This document shows positions 10,541 to 21,057 of a stretch of DNA of 64,000 bases, in pieces (position 1 is the first letter of the stretch; each line of letters starts with the position of its first letter). The position numbers were made by a program, and so were the translations under genes. The stretch is from Curvivirga sp. Its GTDB lineage: Bacteria > Pseudomonadota > Alphaproteobacteria > UBA8366 > Aestuariispiraceae. The stretch lies in the NCBI RefSeq assembly GCF_965219885.1, contig NZ_CBDCOT010000008.1, forward strand, positions 323,919 through 387,918. The letters are read 5' to 3'. The notes beneath the pieces were generated by a model that did no database searches, was not told the origin of the DNA, and saw nothing but the letters and a program-made list of their open reading frames with translations.

Positions 10541-11425
10541 TTAGTCCACTTCCAAATCCGCTAACAACGAATCAACTCGTGCCAGATTTTCTTCTTCAAT
10601 ATCATCAACTTCCGGCTCAGGCGCATCTGGATTTGATCGAAAGAAAATCGGTGCAAAAATACCGTTTTGACGAATTTCCAACAACCCTTCCCTCGCTAAT
10701 TCAAGAGATGCGGCAAATGTTGCAGCTGTCGCTGAACGTACGACAAGTGTATCCTTCAAGTCGTCTGGCAAAAATGTTTCAAGGCTGGACCAATTCGGTA
10801 CGCGCCTACCACCCAGCATATCCCGAAGACGCTCAATCGCATCATCCATAGAATACAGTTCTGTCGGCATAATACGAAGCGTGCTCGCCGTCATTTTATC
10901 GCGAATACTGCCATAGGCTTTTAGAAGGTCATAAAGGGAAAGATCAAATGTGGATGTGTTTTCCACCTTAATCGCTTCGGGATCGCCGCGACGATAGAAA
11001 TCTTGGCCAATTTGCGGAATTGCCATCAATTCTTTCGACGCTTTTTGCATAGCTTCTAAACGACGCAATTGAAATGCAAGACGCGCAGCTAAATCTTCAG
11101 GACTCTCTTCATCTTCATCCGATGGCTGTTCAGGTAAAAGGAGACGCGATTTTAAATAAGCAAGCCAAGCGGCCATCACTAAATAATCAGCGGCAATTTC
11201 TAGGCGTAACTGGCGTACGCGTGAAATGAACTCTAAATATTGATCAGCTAAAGCAACAATAGAAATCTTCGCAAGATCAACCTTTTGATCCCTCGCCAAG
11301 CTGAGCAAAAGATCAATCGGGCCTTCATAACCATCCAAAGCAAGGAAAAGTAAATCCGCAGGCGAACGACCAGCAGGCGCATCATCTTCCTCAAATTCAG
11401 AATTAAAGTCTTCTTGTAGATCCAT
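10541..11425 (-). CDS. scpA: Segregation and condensation protein A (kleisin)
   Basis: 294 aa with FEGPIDLLL-type block YEGPIDLLLSLARDQKVDLAKISI. Adjacent to scpB. Confidence 0.9.
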   Translation of the reverse strand: MDLQEDFNSEFEEDDAPAGRSPADLLFLALDGYEGPIDLLLSLARDQKVDLAKISIVALADQYLEFISRVRQLRLEIAADYLVMAAWLAYLKSRLLLPEQPSDEDEESPEDLAARLAFQLRRLEAMQKASKELMAIPQIGQDFYRRGDPEAIKVENTSTFDLSLYDLLKAYGSIRDKMTASTLRIMPTELYSMDDAIERLRDMLGGRRVPNWSSLETFLPDDLKDTLVVRSATAATFAASLELAREGLLEIRQNGIFAPIFFRSNPDAPEPEVDDIEEENLARVDSLLADLEVD

Positions 11426-11557
11426 CTTCTACCTAATTACGGCTTATTATCTAAACCACGCCAAAATCCATAAAATACAGTTAACTGCAAACGCAGTTTA
11501 ATATATTTATCAAAATATGGCTAGTTAAAAATACATATCTACAAGATATAGTGATAA

Positions 11558-12574
11558 CTACAACAATAACTCTCTAAGTTTCTCGCTAGCTGTTTCCTCT
11601 TCGTAACGAGTTAACAGCTTAAATCCATCCCCGAGACGCGATTTGGCGCTTTCCCAACGAGACCAGGACAAACTATCCATTACGTTCAATGACTTAGAGA
11701 TATCTTTCATTTCTGACATATCCCCATTGCAGTGAAGAATCAGATCGCAACCAGCATCCAGACAAAACCTTGTTTTTTCAGTAAAATCACCACTTAGCGC
11801 CTTCATGGATAGATCATCCGTCATAATTAAACCATCAAAGCCTATTTCTTTGCGAATCACGTCTTCAATAAAAGTGGATGACATAGTCGCACAATTGTCC
11901 TTATCAAAAACGGGATACAAGATATGCGCCGTCATCGCCATAGGTGCATCTTTAACTGATATAAATGGTTTGAAATCTATATCACGTAAAGATTGGGCTG
12001 AAGCTTCAACAACAGGCAATTCAAGGTGACTATCTGCATAGGCTCTTCCATGGCCAGGAATATGCTTAATGATTGAATATACACCGTTTTTCATGAATTG
12101 ATCAGATGCAATTTTACCTAATAGACCTACGATTTCCGGATCGGTAGAAAAGGATCGATCTCCAATAATATCATGTGCATCCTTAAATCTTATATCTAAA
12201 CATGGTGCACAGGTTACATTGATACCCGCAGTCAGAAGTTGACTTGATTGCAAGTCACATTGCAATTTAAGTGCCTCTATTGCAGTCTCTTTATCTCTCT
12301 CATAAAGGTTACCAAAAGGCTCCATCGGAAAGCTATCAACCCAATGTGGCGGTCTTAGGCGACGTACGCGACCTCCCTCTTGGTCAATAAGAATTGGCGC
12401 ATCCGGATCCTTCACAATATCACGTAAAGAATCGCATAACGCTTTGACCTGTTCAGGCGTATCCACGTTTCGCGCAAAAAGGATAAAACCGAATGGTTGC
12501 ATATCTTTAAAGAAAGAAATCTCTTCAGTCGTTAAAGTTAAACCTTCACATCCAAAAATTGCAGCGTTACGCAT
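11558..12574 (-). CDS. nagZ: Beta-N-acetylhexosaminidase (GH3, peptidoglycan recycling)
   Basis: 338 aa with ILIDQEGGRVRRL, KHIPGHGRAYADSH and LIMTDDLSM, the GH3 NagZ motifs. Confidence 0.9.
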   Translation of the reverse strand: MRNAAIFGCEGLTLTTEEISFFKDMQPFGFILFARNVDTPEQVKALCDSLRDIVKDPDAPILIDQEGGRVRRLRPPHWVDSFPMEPFGNLYERDKETAIEALKLQCDLQSSQLLTAGINVTCAPCLDIRFKDAHDIIGDRSFSTDPEIVGLLGKIASDQFMKNGVYSIIKHIPGHGRAYADSHLELPVVEASAQSLRDIDFKPFISVKDAPMAMTAHILYPVFDKDNCATMSSTFIEDVIRKEIGFDGLIMTDDLSMKALSGDFTEKTRFCLDAGCDLILHCNGDMSEMKDISKSLNVMDSLSWSRWESAKSRLGDGFKLLTRYEEETASEKLRELLL

Positions 12575-12668
12575 TCTCTATTCCCTGAACTTGAATCAAA
12601 TATGGCTACAACATCACATCGTAGCCATACCGAAATTAATTGATTCGACGGAAACTAAAAGATCGAAA

Positions 12669-13640
12669 TCACTTCCCAGGCGCCACAGCAATGCAATCCG
12701 TACCACGTTTTTTAAGGTCACCACATAAGCCTTTCGCATCTTTCTGAGATGCAAGCGGCCCTAGCCTCAAACGAAAGTAATCTTTTTCATTCACTTTTAC
12801 TTGTTGGACTTCCAATGCCAGTTTGCCAAGTAAATCACCATTCTTTTTTTGCTGACGTGCATATTCTTCTTGTGCCTTACGATGAGACGACATCGCGCCT
12901 AACTGAATACGCCAATCCTTTGCTTTATTAATGACAGCAGTCGCAGCAGTTTGGAGAGGCTCGGCTTTAGGTTTAGGAGCCTCCTCAACCTTAGGTGCCA
13001 CCGGCTTCGTTTCAGGTGCGGAAACAGTTACTTCCGGCTTTTTCGGTGTCTCAACTTTTGATGTCTGAACAACAGCCTTAGGAACCTCTGTGGCTTTTGT
13101 AACCGCCTCTTCTTCCGCATCCGGATTAATCAACAGCGGCTCGCTGTTTTTTTCCTTGGGTTTAATAGGTGCAGTAATACTTGGGATAGGAGGTGTATCA
13201 CTTTCCACCGCCTCAACAATAGGTTTCGCTGCAGGAGGCTTGATCGGTTGTTCGGGTGGTGGCAACAAACGTTCCACCTGTGAATCATCCACCTCAGGTT
13301 CCATCTGATTATAAACTAGCTTATCTTGATGAGGGACTTTCAAACCACCTGGATCGTCCGGCAATACCTTTGCGGCATGTTCAGGTGTCAGCAAAGGTAC
13401 ATCTCCCGCATTAGTAGAAGACACACCTGTTGAATAAGCGTAACCAACAATGCCTGCGAAAGCTAATAGCGCAACACCAGCAATAGAAATTGGAAGAATA
13501 CGCAACGTCTCTTTTGTATGTGTAATTGGCTCCCCTGCTTCCAAACCACGCGCACGTAATTCTTTATCAAGGTCATCCATTTTACCCAGATCTTTAAGTT
13601 CTGAAAACTCTTCTTCAAGATCGCGCATGTCTGCTGGCAT
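12669..13640 (-). CDS. SPOR domain-containing membrane protein (septal peptidoglycan binding)
   Basis: Single TM helix (ILPISIAGVALLAFAGIVGYAY), a Pro/Lys/Glu-rich linker and a C-terminal SPOR-like block WRIQLGAMSS...YFRLRLGPLAS...A..LC..LK. Confidence 0.8.
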   Translation of the reverse strand: MPADMRDLEEEFSELKDLGKMDDLDKELRARGLEAGEPITHTKETLRILPISIAGVALLAFAGIVGYAYSTGVSSTNAGDVPLLTPEHAAKVLPDDPGGLKVPHQDKLVYNQMEPEVDDSQVERLLPPPEQPIKPPAAKPIVEAVESDTPPIPSITAPIKPKEKNSEPLLINPDAEEEAVTKATEVPKAVVQTSKVETPKKPEVTVSAPETKPVAPKVEEAPKPKAEPLQTAATAVINKAKDWRIQLGAMSSHRKAQEEYARQQKKNGDLLGKLALEVQQVKVNEKDYFRLRLGPLASQKDAKGLCGDLKKRGTDCIAVAPGK

Positions 13641-13681
13641 GCCTTACCCTCTTACAAAATAAATAATCAATATCGATTAGG

Positions 13682-15433
13682 TTAATGTAGTTCGCGAACT
13701 GGTTCCACCCCGAAGATATCTAAACCAGCGGCAATTGTTGAACGTACTGCTTCTAGAAGCGCTAAATTTGCCATTGTTTGCTCTCTATTATCAGGCGCAA
13801 CAAAACGTAGATGTGTGTTTTCTTTCCCTTTTGCCCATAAACCATGGAAAGCTGCGGCCACATCCATCATGTAAAATGCAACGCGATGCGGCTCATGTGC
13901 TTCTGCAGCAGCTTCAATCAAACGCGGCATACTTGCTAGAAGTTTCACCACTTCTTCAATTGCTGGATCATTTAACAATGTTAAATCAGCTTTGGATAGC
14001 GCTTCTTTCGAAAGATCAATGCCATTAAAGGCCTCTGCAGCTTGGCGGAAAACAGAACAACAACGTGCATGCGCATATTGTACATACCAAACCGGATTAT
14101 CACGGGATTGCTCTTTCACAGCTGATAAATCGAAATCTAAAGGTGCATCATTCTTACGAGTAAGCAGGAAGAAACGTACAACGTCCTTACCAACCTCATC
14201 TACCAAATCACGCAAAGTTACAAATGTACCTGCACGTTTGGACATTTTGATCGGCTCACCTTTGTCCATCAATTTAACCAGCTGACAAAGTTTGATATCT
14301 AATTCCGCTTTACCTTCAGTTACCGCAGATGTTGCCGCCAACATACGTTTCACATATCCACCATGATCCGCGCCAAAAATATCAATCTGCTGTGTAAAAC
14401 CACGTTGATATTTATCTAGATGATTTGCGATATCATTTGCAAAATAAGTCCAACTGCCATCAGATTTCTTCAATGGACGATCGACATCATCTCCATGATC
14501 TGTGGCTTTAAACAATGTTTGTGGGCGTGGCTCCCAGTCATCAGGTTTCTTGCCTTTTGGCGGCTCTAGCACGCCTGTGTATAAATAGCCATTTGCATCT
14601 AAACTATCATAGACATCCTGTACACGATTAGCATCCACCAAAGCACGCTCGGATGTAAAGACATCTTGGTTAATACCAAGCTCTTTTAAATCTTCCTTCA
14701 CGCCATCCATCATCATGGAAACTGCAGTTGAACGACAGATCGGCAACCATTCTGATTCATCCATAGACATCAATGCTTCACCATGCTCATCTTTAAGAGC
14801 TTGACCAACAGCTTTTAGATAATCTCCAGGATACAACCCTTCAGGAATTTCAATAGTTTCACCATGCGCTTCTTTATAACGCAGATACGAAGAGCGGCCC
14901 AACACATCAACTTGAGCACCAGCATCATTCACATAATATTCTTTAGTCACATCATAACCGGCAAATAAAAGAAGTTCCGCTAGAATATCACCAAATACAG
15001 CCCCCCGTGCATGACCAATATGTAAAGGTCCGGTAGGGTTTGCAGAAACATATTCAACGTTTACCTTTTCACTTTTCCCCATATCAGAACGGGCAAAGTC
15101 AGATCCTTTTTCAAGGATAGCAGCAACAACTTTTTGCCAGATTGAATGATCCAAGCGCAGGTTAATAAAACCTGGCCCTGCAATCTCAGCAGAAGAAACC
15201 AAAGGTAAATCCTGCAACTTAGTAACTAACATCTCGGCAATATCGCGTGGTTTCATTTTTGCAGGCTTGGCCAATAACATTGCTGCATTGGTCGCCATAT
15301 CACCATGACTTGCATCGCGTGGTGGTTCAATTGTAATGCGATCAGTCGCTGCATCTGCTGGCAAAGCGCCATCCGCTTTCAATTGATCCAGAATGTTTTC
15401 CAATTCATTGCGAATTTCTTTAAAGATATTCAT
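13682..15433 (-). CDS. argS: Arginyl-tRNA synthetase
   Basis: 583 aa with the HIGH-type motif [14 protein letters not shown], an MSKRAG loop and a C-terminal DALR anticodon-binding region. Confidence 0.95.
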   Translation of the reverse strand: MNIFKEIRNELENILDQLKADGALPADAATDRITIEPPRDASHGDMATNAAMLLAKPAKMKPRDIAEMLVTKLQDLPLVSSAEIAGPGFINLRLDHSIWQKVVAAILEKGSDFARSDMGKSEKVNVEYVSANPTGPLHIGHARGAVFGDILAELLLFAGYDVTKEYYVNDAGAQVDVLGRSSYLRYKEAHGETIEIPEGLYPGDYLKAVGQALKDEHGEALMSMDESEWLPICRSTAVSMMMDGVKEDLKELGINQDVFTSERALVDANRVQDVYDSLDANGYLYTGVLEPPKGKKPDDWEPRPQTLFKATDHGDDVDRPLKKSDGSWTYFANDIANHLDKYQRGFTQQIDIFGADHGGYVKRMLAATSAVTEGKAELDIKLCQLVKLMDKGEPIKMSKRAGTFVTLRDLVDEVGKDVVRFFLLTRKNDAPLDFDLSAVKEQSRDNPVWYVQYAHARCCSVFRQAAEAFNGIDLSKEALSKADLTLLNDPAIEEVVKLLASMPRLIEAAAEAHEPHRVAFYMMDVAAAFHGLWAKGKENTHLRFVAPDNREQTMANLALLEAVRSTIAAGLDIFGVEPVRELH

Positions 15434-15478
15434 CGTCTTACCTAGTCATCTAAGGGGAAATCCCCTCTTCCATAAAAT

Positions 15479-16648
15479 TTATGCCGCTTCAAAAAGCCTT
15501 TGGTGCAATTTCAACGCAAAGCGATCTGTCATGCCAGCGATATAATCTGCAATAATTCGCGCGTTTTCTTGTGCTAATAAGCCAGAACACTGGTCCTTCC
15601 ATTCTTCAGGAAGCAAATCAGGCTTTTCCATATAGTAATTAAAAAGCTCTGTCATTTGTTGGGATGCTCTCACCCGTTCCTGATTTACAGAAGGTGCACG
15701 ATACATTGCCTTAAACATAAAGGTCTTTAGGGCGCGCTCCTTTTGACGCATTTCGTCGGAGAAGGCAACCATTGGACGTCTCAAATGGCGTAATTCTTTT
15801 GCATTTTTTGGTTTATCTTCTTCAAGTCGTCGATTTGTTTCAGCTAAAACATCTTCAACCATCTCACCAATTAAAGAGCGTACAACTTCCGCACGCGCCA
15901 AATGATCTGGCGCATCAGGATATTCACGATACACATTGTTAAAGGCTTCACGCACATGATCAACTTCTGCGCAAACATCCTTAATACTAAACAAGCTTGC
16001 CCGTAAACCATCATCCATATCGTGATGATTATAAGCCACATCATCTGCGATCGCAGCAATCTGTGCCTCAATCCCACTATGCGTATCAAGTTCAAGATCA
16101 TGTCGTTGATTGTAACTTGCAAGAGTCTTTGGGAGTTGATTGACTGTCTTATTACCATCTAGTAGCGGGCCATTGTGTTTCACAACGCCTTCCAGCGTTT
16201 CCCAAGTCAGATTCAAACCTTTATAATCCATATATTTACTTTCAAGCAGGATTAGCACACGCAATGCTTGATCGTTATGATCAAACCCTTCATACGGTTC
16301 CATCAAGTCATGCAAAGTATCTTCGCCAGAATGACCAAATGGTGTATGCCCAAGATCATGTGCTAACGAAATCGCCTCGGTTAAATCTTCATCCACATTT
16401 AATGCTCTGGCGATAGCGCGTGCAATTTGCGCAACTTCCAACGAATGCGTCAAACGAGTCCTGAAGTGATCGCCTTCTGGTGATATAAACACTTGTGTCT
16501 TATGCATTAATCGACGAAAAGCAGCCGAATGTACAATGCGATCTCTATCACGCTGAAATGGGCTGCGCATTGAAGATTCATTTTCCGGGTGTAATCGCCC
16601 GCGTGTTTCTTGCCATTTCGTCGCATAGGGCGCTAATTCAAAATTCAT
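15479..16648 (-). CDS. dgt: dGTP triphosphohydrolase-like HD-domain protein
   Basis: 389 aa with RTRLTHSLEVAQIARAIA...AHDLGHTPFGHSGE and ADDVAYNHHDMDDG. Confidence 0.9.
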   Translation of the reverse strand: MNFELAPYATKWQETRGRLHPENESSMRSPFQRDRDRIVHSAAFRRLMHKTQVFISPEGDHFRTRLTHSLEVAQIARAIARALNVDEDLTEAISLAHDLGHTPFGHSGEDTLHDLMEPYEGFDHNDQALRVLILLESKYMDYKGLNLTWETLEGVVKHNGPLLDGNKTVNQLPKTLASYNQRHDLELDTHSGIEAQIAAIADDVAYNHHDMDDGLRASLFSIKDVCAEVDHVREAFNNVYREYPDAPDHLARAEVVRSLIGEMVEDVLAETNRRLEEDKPKNAKELRHLRRPMVAFSDEMRQKERALKTFMFKAMYRAPSVNQERVRASQQMTELFNYYMEKPDLLPEEWKDQCSGLLAQENARIIADYIAGMTDRFALKLHQRLFEAA

Positions 16649-16899
16649 GGATATCTCTTTATCTCTTATGAATCCTAGTAAAATCTACAAATTGATGGGT
16701 AAAGAAGGTTCGTATATATGGCAAGCTCAAGTTGCGACTTTTTCTTAAAATCTTTCCTTTTTGATGCCATTAAGGAAATTCTGTTATCTATTAAGCAATA
16801 TCCTTAATCAGGGAATTGACTTTAAGTTAGGAATTCCTAGATAATAGAGATGATGTCAAAAGAGCTGAAAACAGCCGACAAACTGATGGAGTTTTTGAA

Positions 16900-17271
16900 A
16901 TGTCTGATGCAGATCCATTTGCATTACCTACAAGTGACGTTGACCGCGTGCTGACAATCTCAGATTCAGCAGTAAAACGCATCACTAAACTACGTGATAT
17001 GGAAGGTGATGATCAACTTATGTTACGCATCACAGTGTCTGGTGGCGGTTGTTCTGGTTTCCAATATGCATTTGACTTTGACAAAGATACCAAAGCTCAA
17101 GACATGCTTTTTGAAAAAAATGGGGTGACAGTTGTAACCGATGAAACATCTATGGATCTTTTAGCGGGTTCCGAAGTGGATTTTGTTGACGACTTGATGG
17201 GGGCCTATTTCCAGATCAATAACCCGAATGCAACAGCAAGCTGTGGATGCGGCACATCATTTTCAGTTTAA
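16900..17271 (+). CDS. erpA: Iron-sulfur cluster insertion protein (HesB/IscA/ErpA family)
   Basis: 123 aa with LRITVSGGGCSGFQY and a C-terminal SCGCGTSFSV Cys ligand motif. Confidence 0.85.
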   Translation: MSDADPFALPTSDVDRVLTISDSAVKRITKLRDMEGDDQLMLRITVSGGGCSGFQYAFDFDKDTKAQDMLFEKNGVTVVTDETSMDLLAGSEVDFVDDLMGAYFQINNPNATASCGCGTSFSV

Positions 17272-17362
17272 GATCTGTTAATTACAAATCTGTTCTGGTT
17301 AAAAACCGAATCCTAAACCATTATCCTAATTCAAACCTCTTTTGATTTCGGGAGCTTTCTCC

Positions 17363-18175
17363 ATGCGCATCGCAACTTTTAACGTCAACTCAGTAAGAGC
17401 ACGTATTGCTAACATTCTGGAATGGCTAGATGAAGCTCAACCAGATGTAGTTTTATTACAAGAAATCAAAACGATAAACGACGATTTTCCTGAATTTGAC
17501 TTTCAGGCTAAAGGTTACCATTGCGCTATCCACGGTCAAAAAAGCTACAACGGCGTTGCCATTCTTTCCAAACATCCTATAGAAGATATACTGATAGGAT
17601 TGCCTGGTGAAGATGGCCGGACCAGCGACAAATGGCAAGAGGGTGATGAAAATCAGGCACGCTATATAGAAGCGACTATCCAAGGTATACGTGTTGCTTC
17701 AATCTATCTTCCAAATGGTAATCCGGTTGATACAGTCAAATACCCGTTCAAGCTTCGCTGGATGGATCGCCTTTACGCTCACATCAAAGATAATTTATTA
17801 CCCTTGGAAATGCCGATAGCTTTAGGTGGCGATTATAATATTTGTCCAGATGATCGTGATGTTTACGACCCACCGCGTTGGGCAAATGATGCGCTATGTA
17901 AACCCGAAAGTCGCGCAAAATTCCGCGCGTTAATTAATCTGGGCCTAACCGAAGCATGGCGCAGTTTACATCCACATGCTGAACAACAATATAGTTATTG
18001 GGATTATGTAAAGGGTCGCTATCAAAAAGATGAAGGCTTACGTATTGATCACTTCCTTCTATCTCCACAAGCGACAGATATTTTAGAAGCATGTGAAATT
18101 GACAAAACACCACGCGCTAAAGAAAAAGCGTCAGATCACACACCGGTTATTCTGACACTTAAAGACATTGCATAA
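17363..18175 (+). CDS. xthA: Exodeoxyribonuclease III
   Basis: MRIATFNVNSVRAR...LLQEIK...GGDYNI...SDHTPV. I prefer the ATG at 17363 to the TTG at 17342 used in the ORF track. Confidence 0.9.
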   Translation: MRIATFNVNSVRARIANILEWLDEAQPDVVLLQEIKTINDDFPEFDFQAKGYHCAIHGQKSYNGVAILSKHPIEDILIGLPGEDGRTSDKWQEGDENQARYIEATIQGIRVASIYLPNGNPVDTVKYPFKLRWMDRLYAHIKDNLLPLEMPIALGGDYNICPDDRDVYDPPRWANDALCKPESRAKFRALINLGLTEAWRSLHPHAEQQYSYWDYVKGRYQKDEGLRIDHFLLSPQATDILEACEIDKTPRAKEKASDHTPVILTLKDIA

Positions 18176-18183
18176 AATCGATA

Positions 18184-20613
18184 TCAGCCTGTCAATTTTT
18201 TGTAGAGAGCTTGCTTACTGTCAAGGTTAACTGGTGCAAGTTCTTCAACAAAATCGACAGGATTTTCTCCCTGCCCGGCAGCAATACTAATCAAACTACC
18301 GACGCGCGCCAGACGACTTAATGCACTATTTGCGGCCAGACCTTTCAAGGCATGAGCTTCCTTCTTTAAGGCATCCAAATTTTCAGCTTGAGAGAGCTCT
18401 TTAATATTAGCCGCATATTTATCTAACTCATCTGGCACTTCAACCATTAGATTAACCAACGTATCTTCACCGATAGCTTGGCTGGTTTCATTCCACTGCA
18501 CCTCATCTAACAACGGCAGTCCCATTGCATCTTGGATTTCCCGAATGATTGCTTCTGCCTTTTGTTCATCTTCATCGAGGTTTTTCCCAGAAATTTCTTC
18601 GCGATGAGCAACTTCAGCAATAATTTTTTCTGCAGTAATACCGCCTTCACCACATAATTTGGCCATCACAGAAAGTAATGCTTGTGGATTAACTGGTTTA
18701 CCAATGAACCCATCAAATCCCTCTTCGGTATATCTTTCTATATCTTTATCAAGCGTATTAGCTGTTACTGCGACAACTGGAATTTTCCCTTTCGCCCCTT
18801 CAATCGTTCGAATGAGACGATGTGCAGTAAGTCCATCCATTTCTGGCATTTGAATATCCATCAATACGATATCAAAAAGATCATTCCTTACCGCATGAAC
18901 AGCTTCCTTGCCATTCGCTGTTGCGAAAACTTTATGTCCAGCTTGTTCAAGAATCTTCAATAAAAGCATCTGATTGACCGGATTATCCTCTGCGACAAGA
19001 ACATTTAGCTTTCTGTTCATAGAAGCTTCTGATGCTTTTTCCACAACAACATCATCTGTCTTATTATCAGCCTGAACATTGCTTAGATCCAACGGCAGTA
19101 TAACTGTAAAAGTAGACCCTTTACCTTTTTCGCTTTGAACAGAAATCTTGCCGTCCATCATTTCAACCAGAGAAGATACCAAAGCAAGACCAGTTCCCAT
19201 ACCGGCAAAACGGCGAGTTAAATCCCCCTCAACCTGCATAAAATGATCAAACAATTTATCCTGATCTTCTTGGGAAATACCAATGCCAGTATCTTCCACT
19301 GTCATTGTTAATGACCATCCGCGTTCAGGTATATTATTCATGGAGACCGTTACTGCGATTTTACCATCTTGCGTAAACTTGATAGCATTTGAAATCAGTG
19401 CAAAAAGAACTTGTTTAATACGGCGCAGATCACCTTTGAACCAATTTTCCTCAGAAAAATCATTTCTAACGATAAGCTCGCTTTTTGAAATAGATAGACT
19501 CTCTGCGAAGTTTCGACGTAAGCCAGTCGTAATATTTGTAAGCTGAAAAGGGGCTTTTTTAAGTTCTAAAGTCTTCTTTTCAAGCTGTGCCATATCCAAC
19601 AAATCACCAATCAGAACCAACAGAGCATCACCAGAATTCACAATTAGATCTGTGTATTCTTTTTGGCTTTTATCCAAGTTAGTGGACTTTAATAACTCAG
19701 CCATGCCAAGTACAGCATTCAAAGGTGTACGAAGCTCATGCGTCACATTAGCTAAAAAATTGGATTTCGCTTCAGAGGCAGCCTCTGCAAGGTCGCGAGC
19801 TTCCAATAATTCATGCGTTTGCTCATTAACCTTACTTTCCAAATTTGATCGTAAATCTAATAGTTCCACACTATGCAAACGAATACGTTCTAGTGAACGT
19901 GCTAATTGCCCAATTTCATTTTGTTCGGATTGATAAGGAATCACCAATTCCTTCACATGACCCGCACTGCGATTACTACCAATATAACGTAAATAACCAG
20001 CCATTTGCTCCAACGGGCCAGTCAGCTTATGAACAAAGGCCCAAAATACGGCCATTAGAACGATCATAATTACTGAATAAGAAATAATTGTATTCCATAT
20101 GGCAGCTGATAGATATTCATCTGCCTGTGTTAATGCAATCTCCATAGTTAAATCAGCTAAATGGGTTTTCTTTACCTGACCGTTCTCATCATTTTCTTCC
20201 CAATAAAGTTTTTCGGTAAGAACTTGATAGGAATCCGCATTAATCACTGCTGCGGAGCGAACATTTTCACGAATAACGTTTAAACCATCATTGCCGACCA
20301 AGATGATACGCTTCACATCTCTCAACTCAATTGCTGAATCTATCGCACGTTCAACGCTTTGATTATTCAAATACCATAAAGGTGTCGTGATTGTTTCCGA
20401 CAATGTATTTAAAGCTAGTTCAGCACGTTCCAATAGAAAAGTACGACGGGTTTCATACCCTTCAGAGATGCGAAGATAAGCAGTACCATTAAAGCCTGCG
20501 AGTAAGATCACAAACACAAAGAGCAACAAACGCCATTTCAAACCCAAACGGGTCCGACGAGGCATATCACGTTCATCACTATATTCTTTTACGTCACTAC
20601 TATCGATGGACAC
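18184..20613 (-). CDS. Hybrid sensor histidine kinase (periplasmic sensor, HAMP, HisKA, HATPase, REC, Hpt)
   Basis: Two TM helices flank a segment of about 150 aa. H-box HELRTPLNAVLGMAELL; G boxes DTGIGI and GMGTGLALV; receiver VLVAEDNPVNQ...MDIQMPEMDG; Hpt HALKGLAANSAL. The start is GTG at 20613 or ATG at 20565. Confidence 0.9.
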   Translation of the reverse strand: MSIDSSDVKEYSDERDMPRRTRLGLKWRLLLFVFVILLAGFNGTAYLRISEGYETRRTFLLERAELALNTLSETITTPLWYLNNQSVERAIDSAIELRDVKRIILVGNDGLNVIRENVRSAAVINADSYQVLTEKLYWEENDENGQVKKTHLADLTMEIALTQADEYLSAAIWNTIISYSVIMIVLMAVFWAFVHKLTGPLEQMAGYLRYIGSNRSAGHVKELVIPYQSEQNEIGQLARSLERIRLHSVELLDLRSNLESKVNEQTHELLEARDLAEAASEAKSNFLANVTHELRTPLNAVLGMAELLKSTNLDKSQKEYTDLIVNSGDALLVLIGDLLDMAQLEKKTLELKKAPFQLTNITTGLRRNFAESLSISKSELIVRNDFSEENWFKGDLRRIKQVLFALISNAIKFTQDGKIAVTVSMNNIPERGWSLTMTVEDTGIGISQEDQDKLFDHFMQVEGDLTRRFAGMGTGLALVSSLVEMMDGKISVQSEKGKGSTFTVILPLDLSNVQADNKTDDVVVEKASEASMNRKLNVLVAEDNPVNQMLLLKILEQAGHKVFATANGKEAVHAVRNDLFDIVLMDIQMPEMDGLTAHRLIRTIEGAKGKIPVVAVTANTLDKDIERYTEEGFDGFIGKPVNPQALLSVMAKLCGEGGITAEKIIAEVAHREEISGKNLDEDEQKAEAIIREIQDAMGLPLLDEVQWNETSQAIGEDTLVNLMVEVPDELDKYAANIKELSQAENLDALKKEAHALKGLAANSALSRLARVGSLISIAAGQGENPVDFVEELAPVNLDSKQALYKKLTG

Positions 20614-21057
20614 AGGTTGCTCCAGTTTAAACTATATGAATCTCGTCACCCCCATAGCCTGATTCATTTTTTGGCTCAGCCTTTTCTATTAATAAACTGA
20701 CTTTAAACAGAAAACTACCGTTTTTTAAATTTTTCTCGTGAAGCGTCATAAAAACGAAAATTAAAAATGTGAGATTTACAGAACATGCTCGAAAAGCGGC
20801 CTTTTCAATTTTCGCGTTTATCGACAAAGGTTCTTTTCAGGATTCGTAAAATAAAAACACTCCCTAAACTTACTTTCGCGCCCTACCTGCACCCAAAAAA
20901 TCTACAAAAGCTCTTTTTTATGCATTTTATGCAGCCACACCTCCATCAAACACCGTTTTAACATCGATAAATACAGTCAATATTTTTTAAACTTGAAAAA
21001 TGATCCAATTTAAGTATATTCAGAAAAAATCAACTTCTTCTACAAGGAAATATCGGT

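Noticed and set aside
20627-20827. 66-aa minus-strand ORF in the kinase-guaB intergenic region
   Set aside because: It has no RBS and a low-complexity hydrophobic/Lys composition in an AT-rich spacer. It is most likely a chance ORF.
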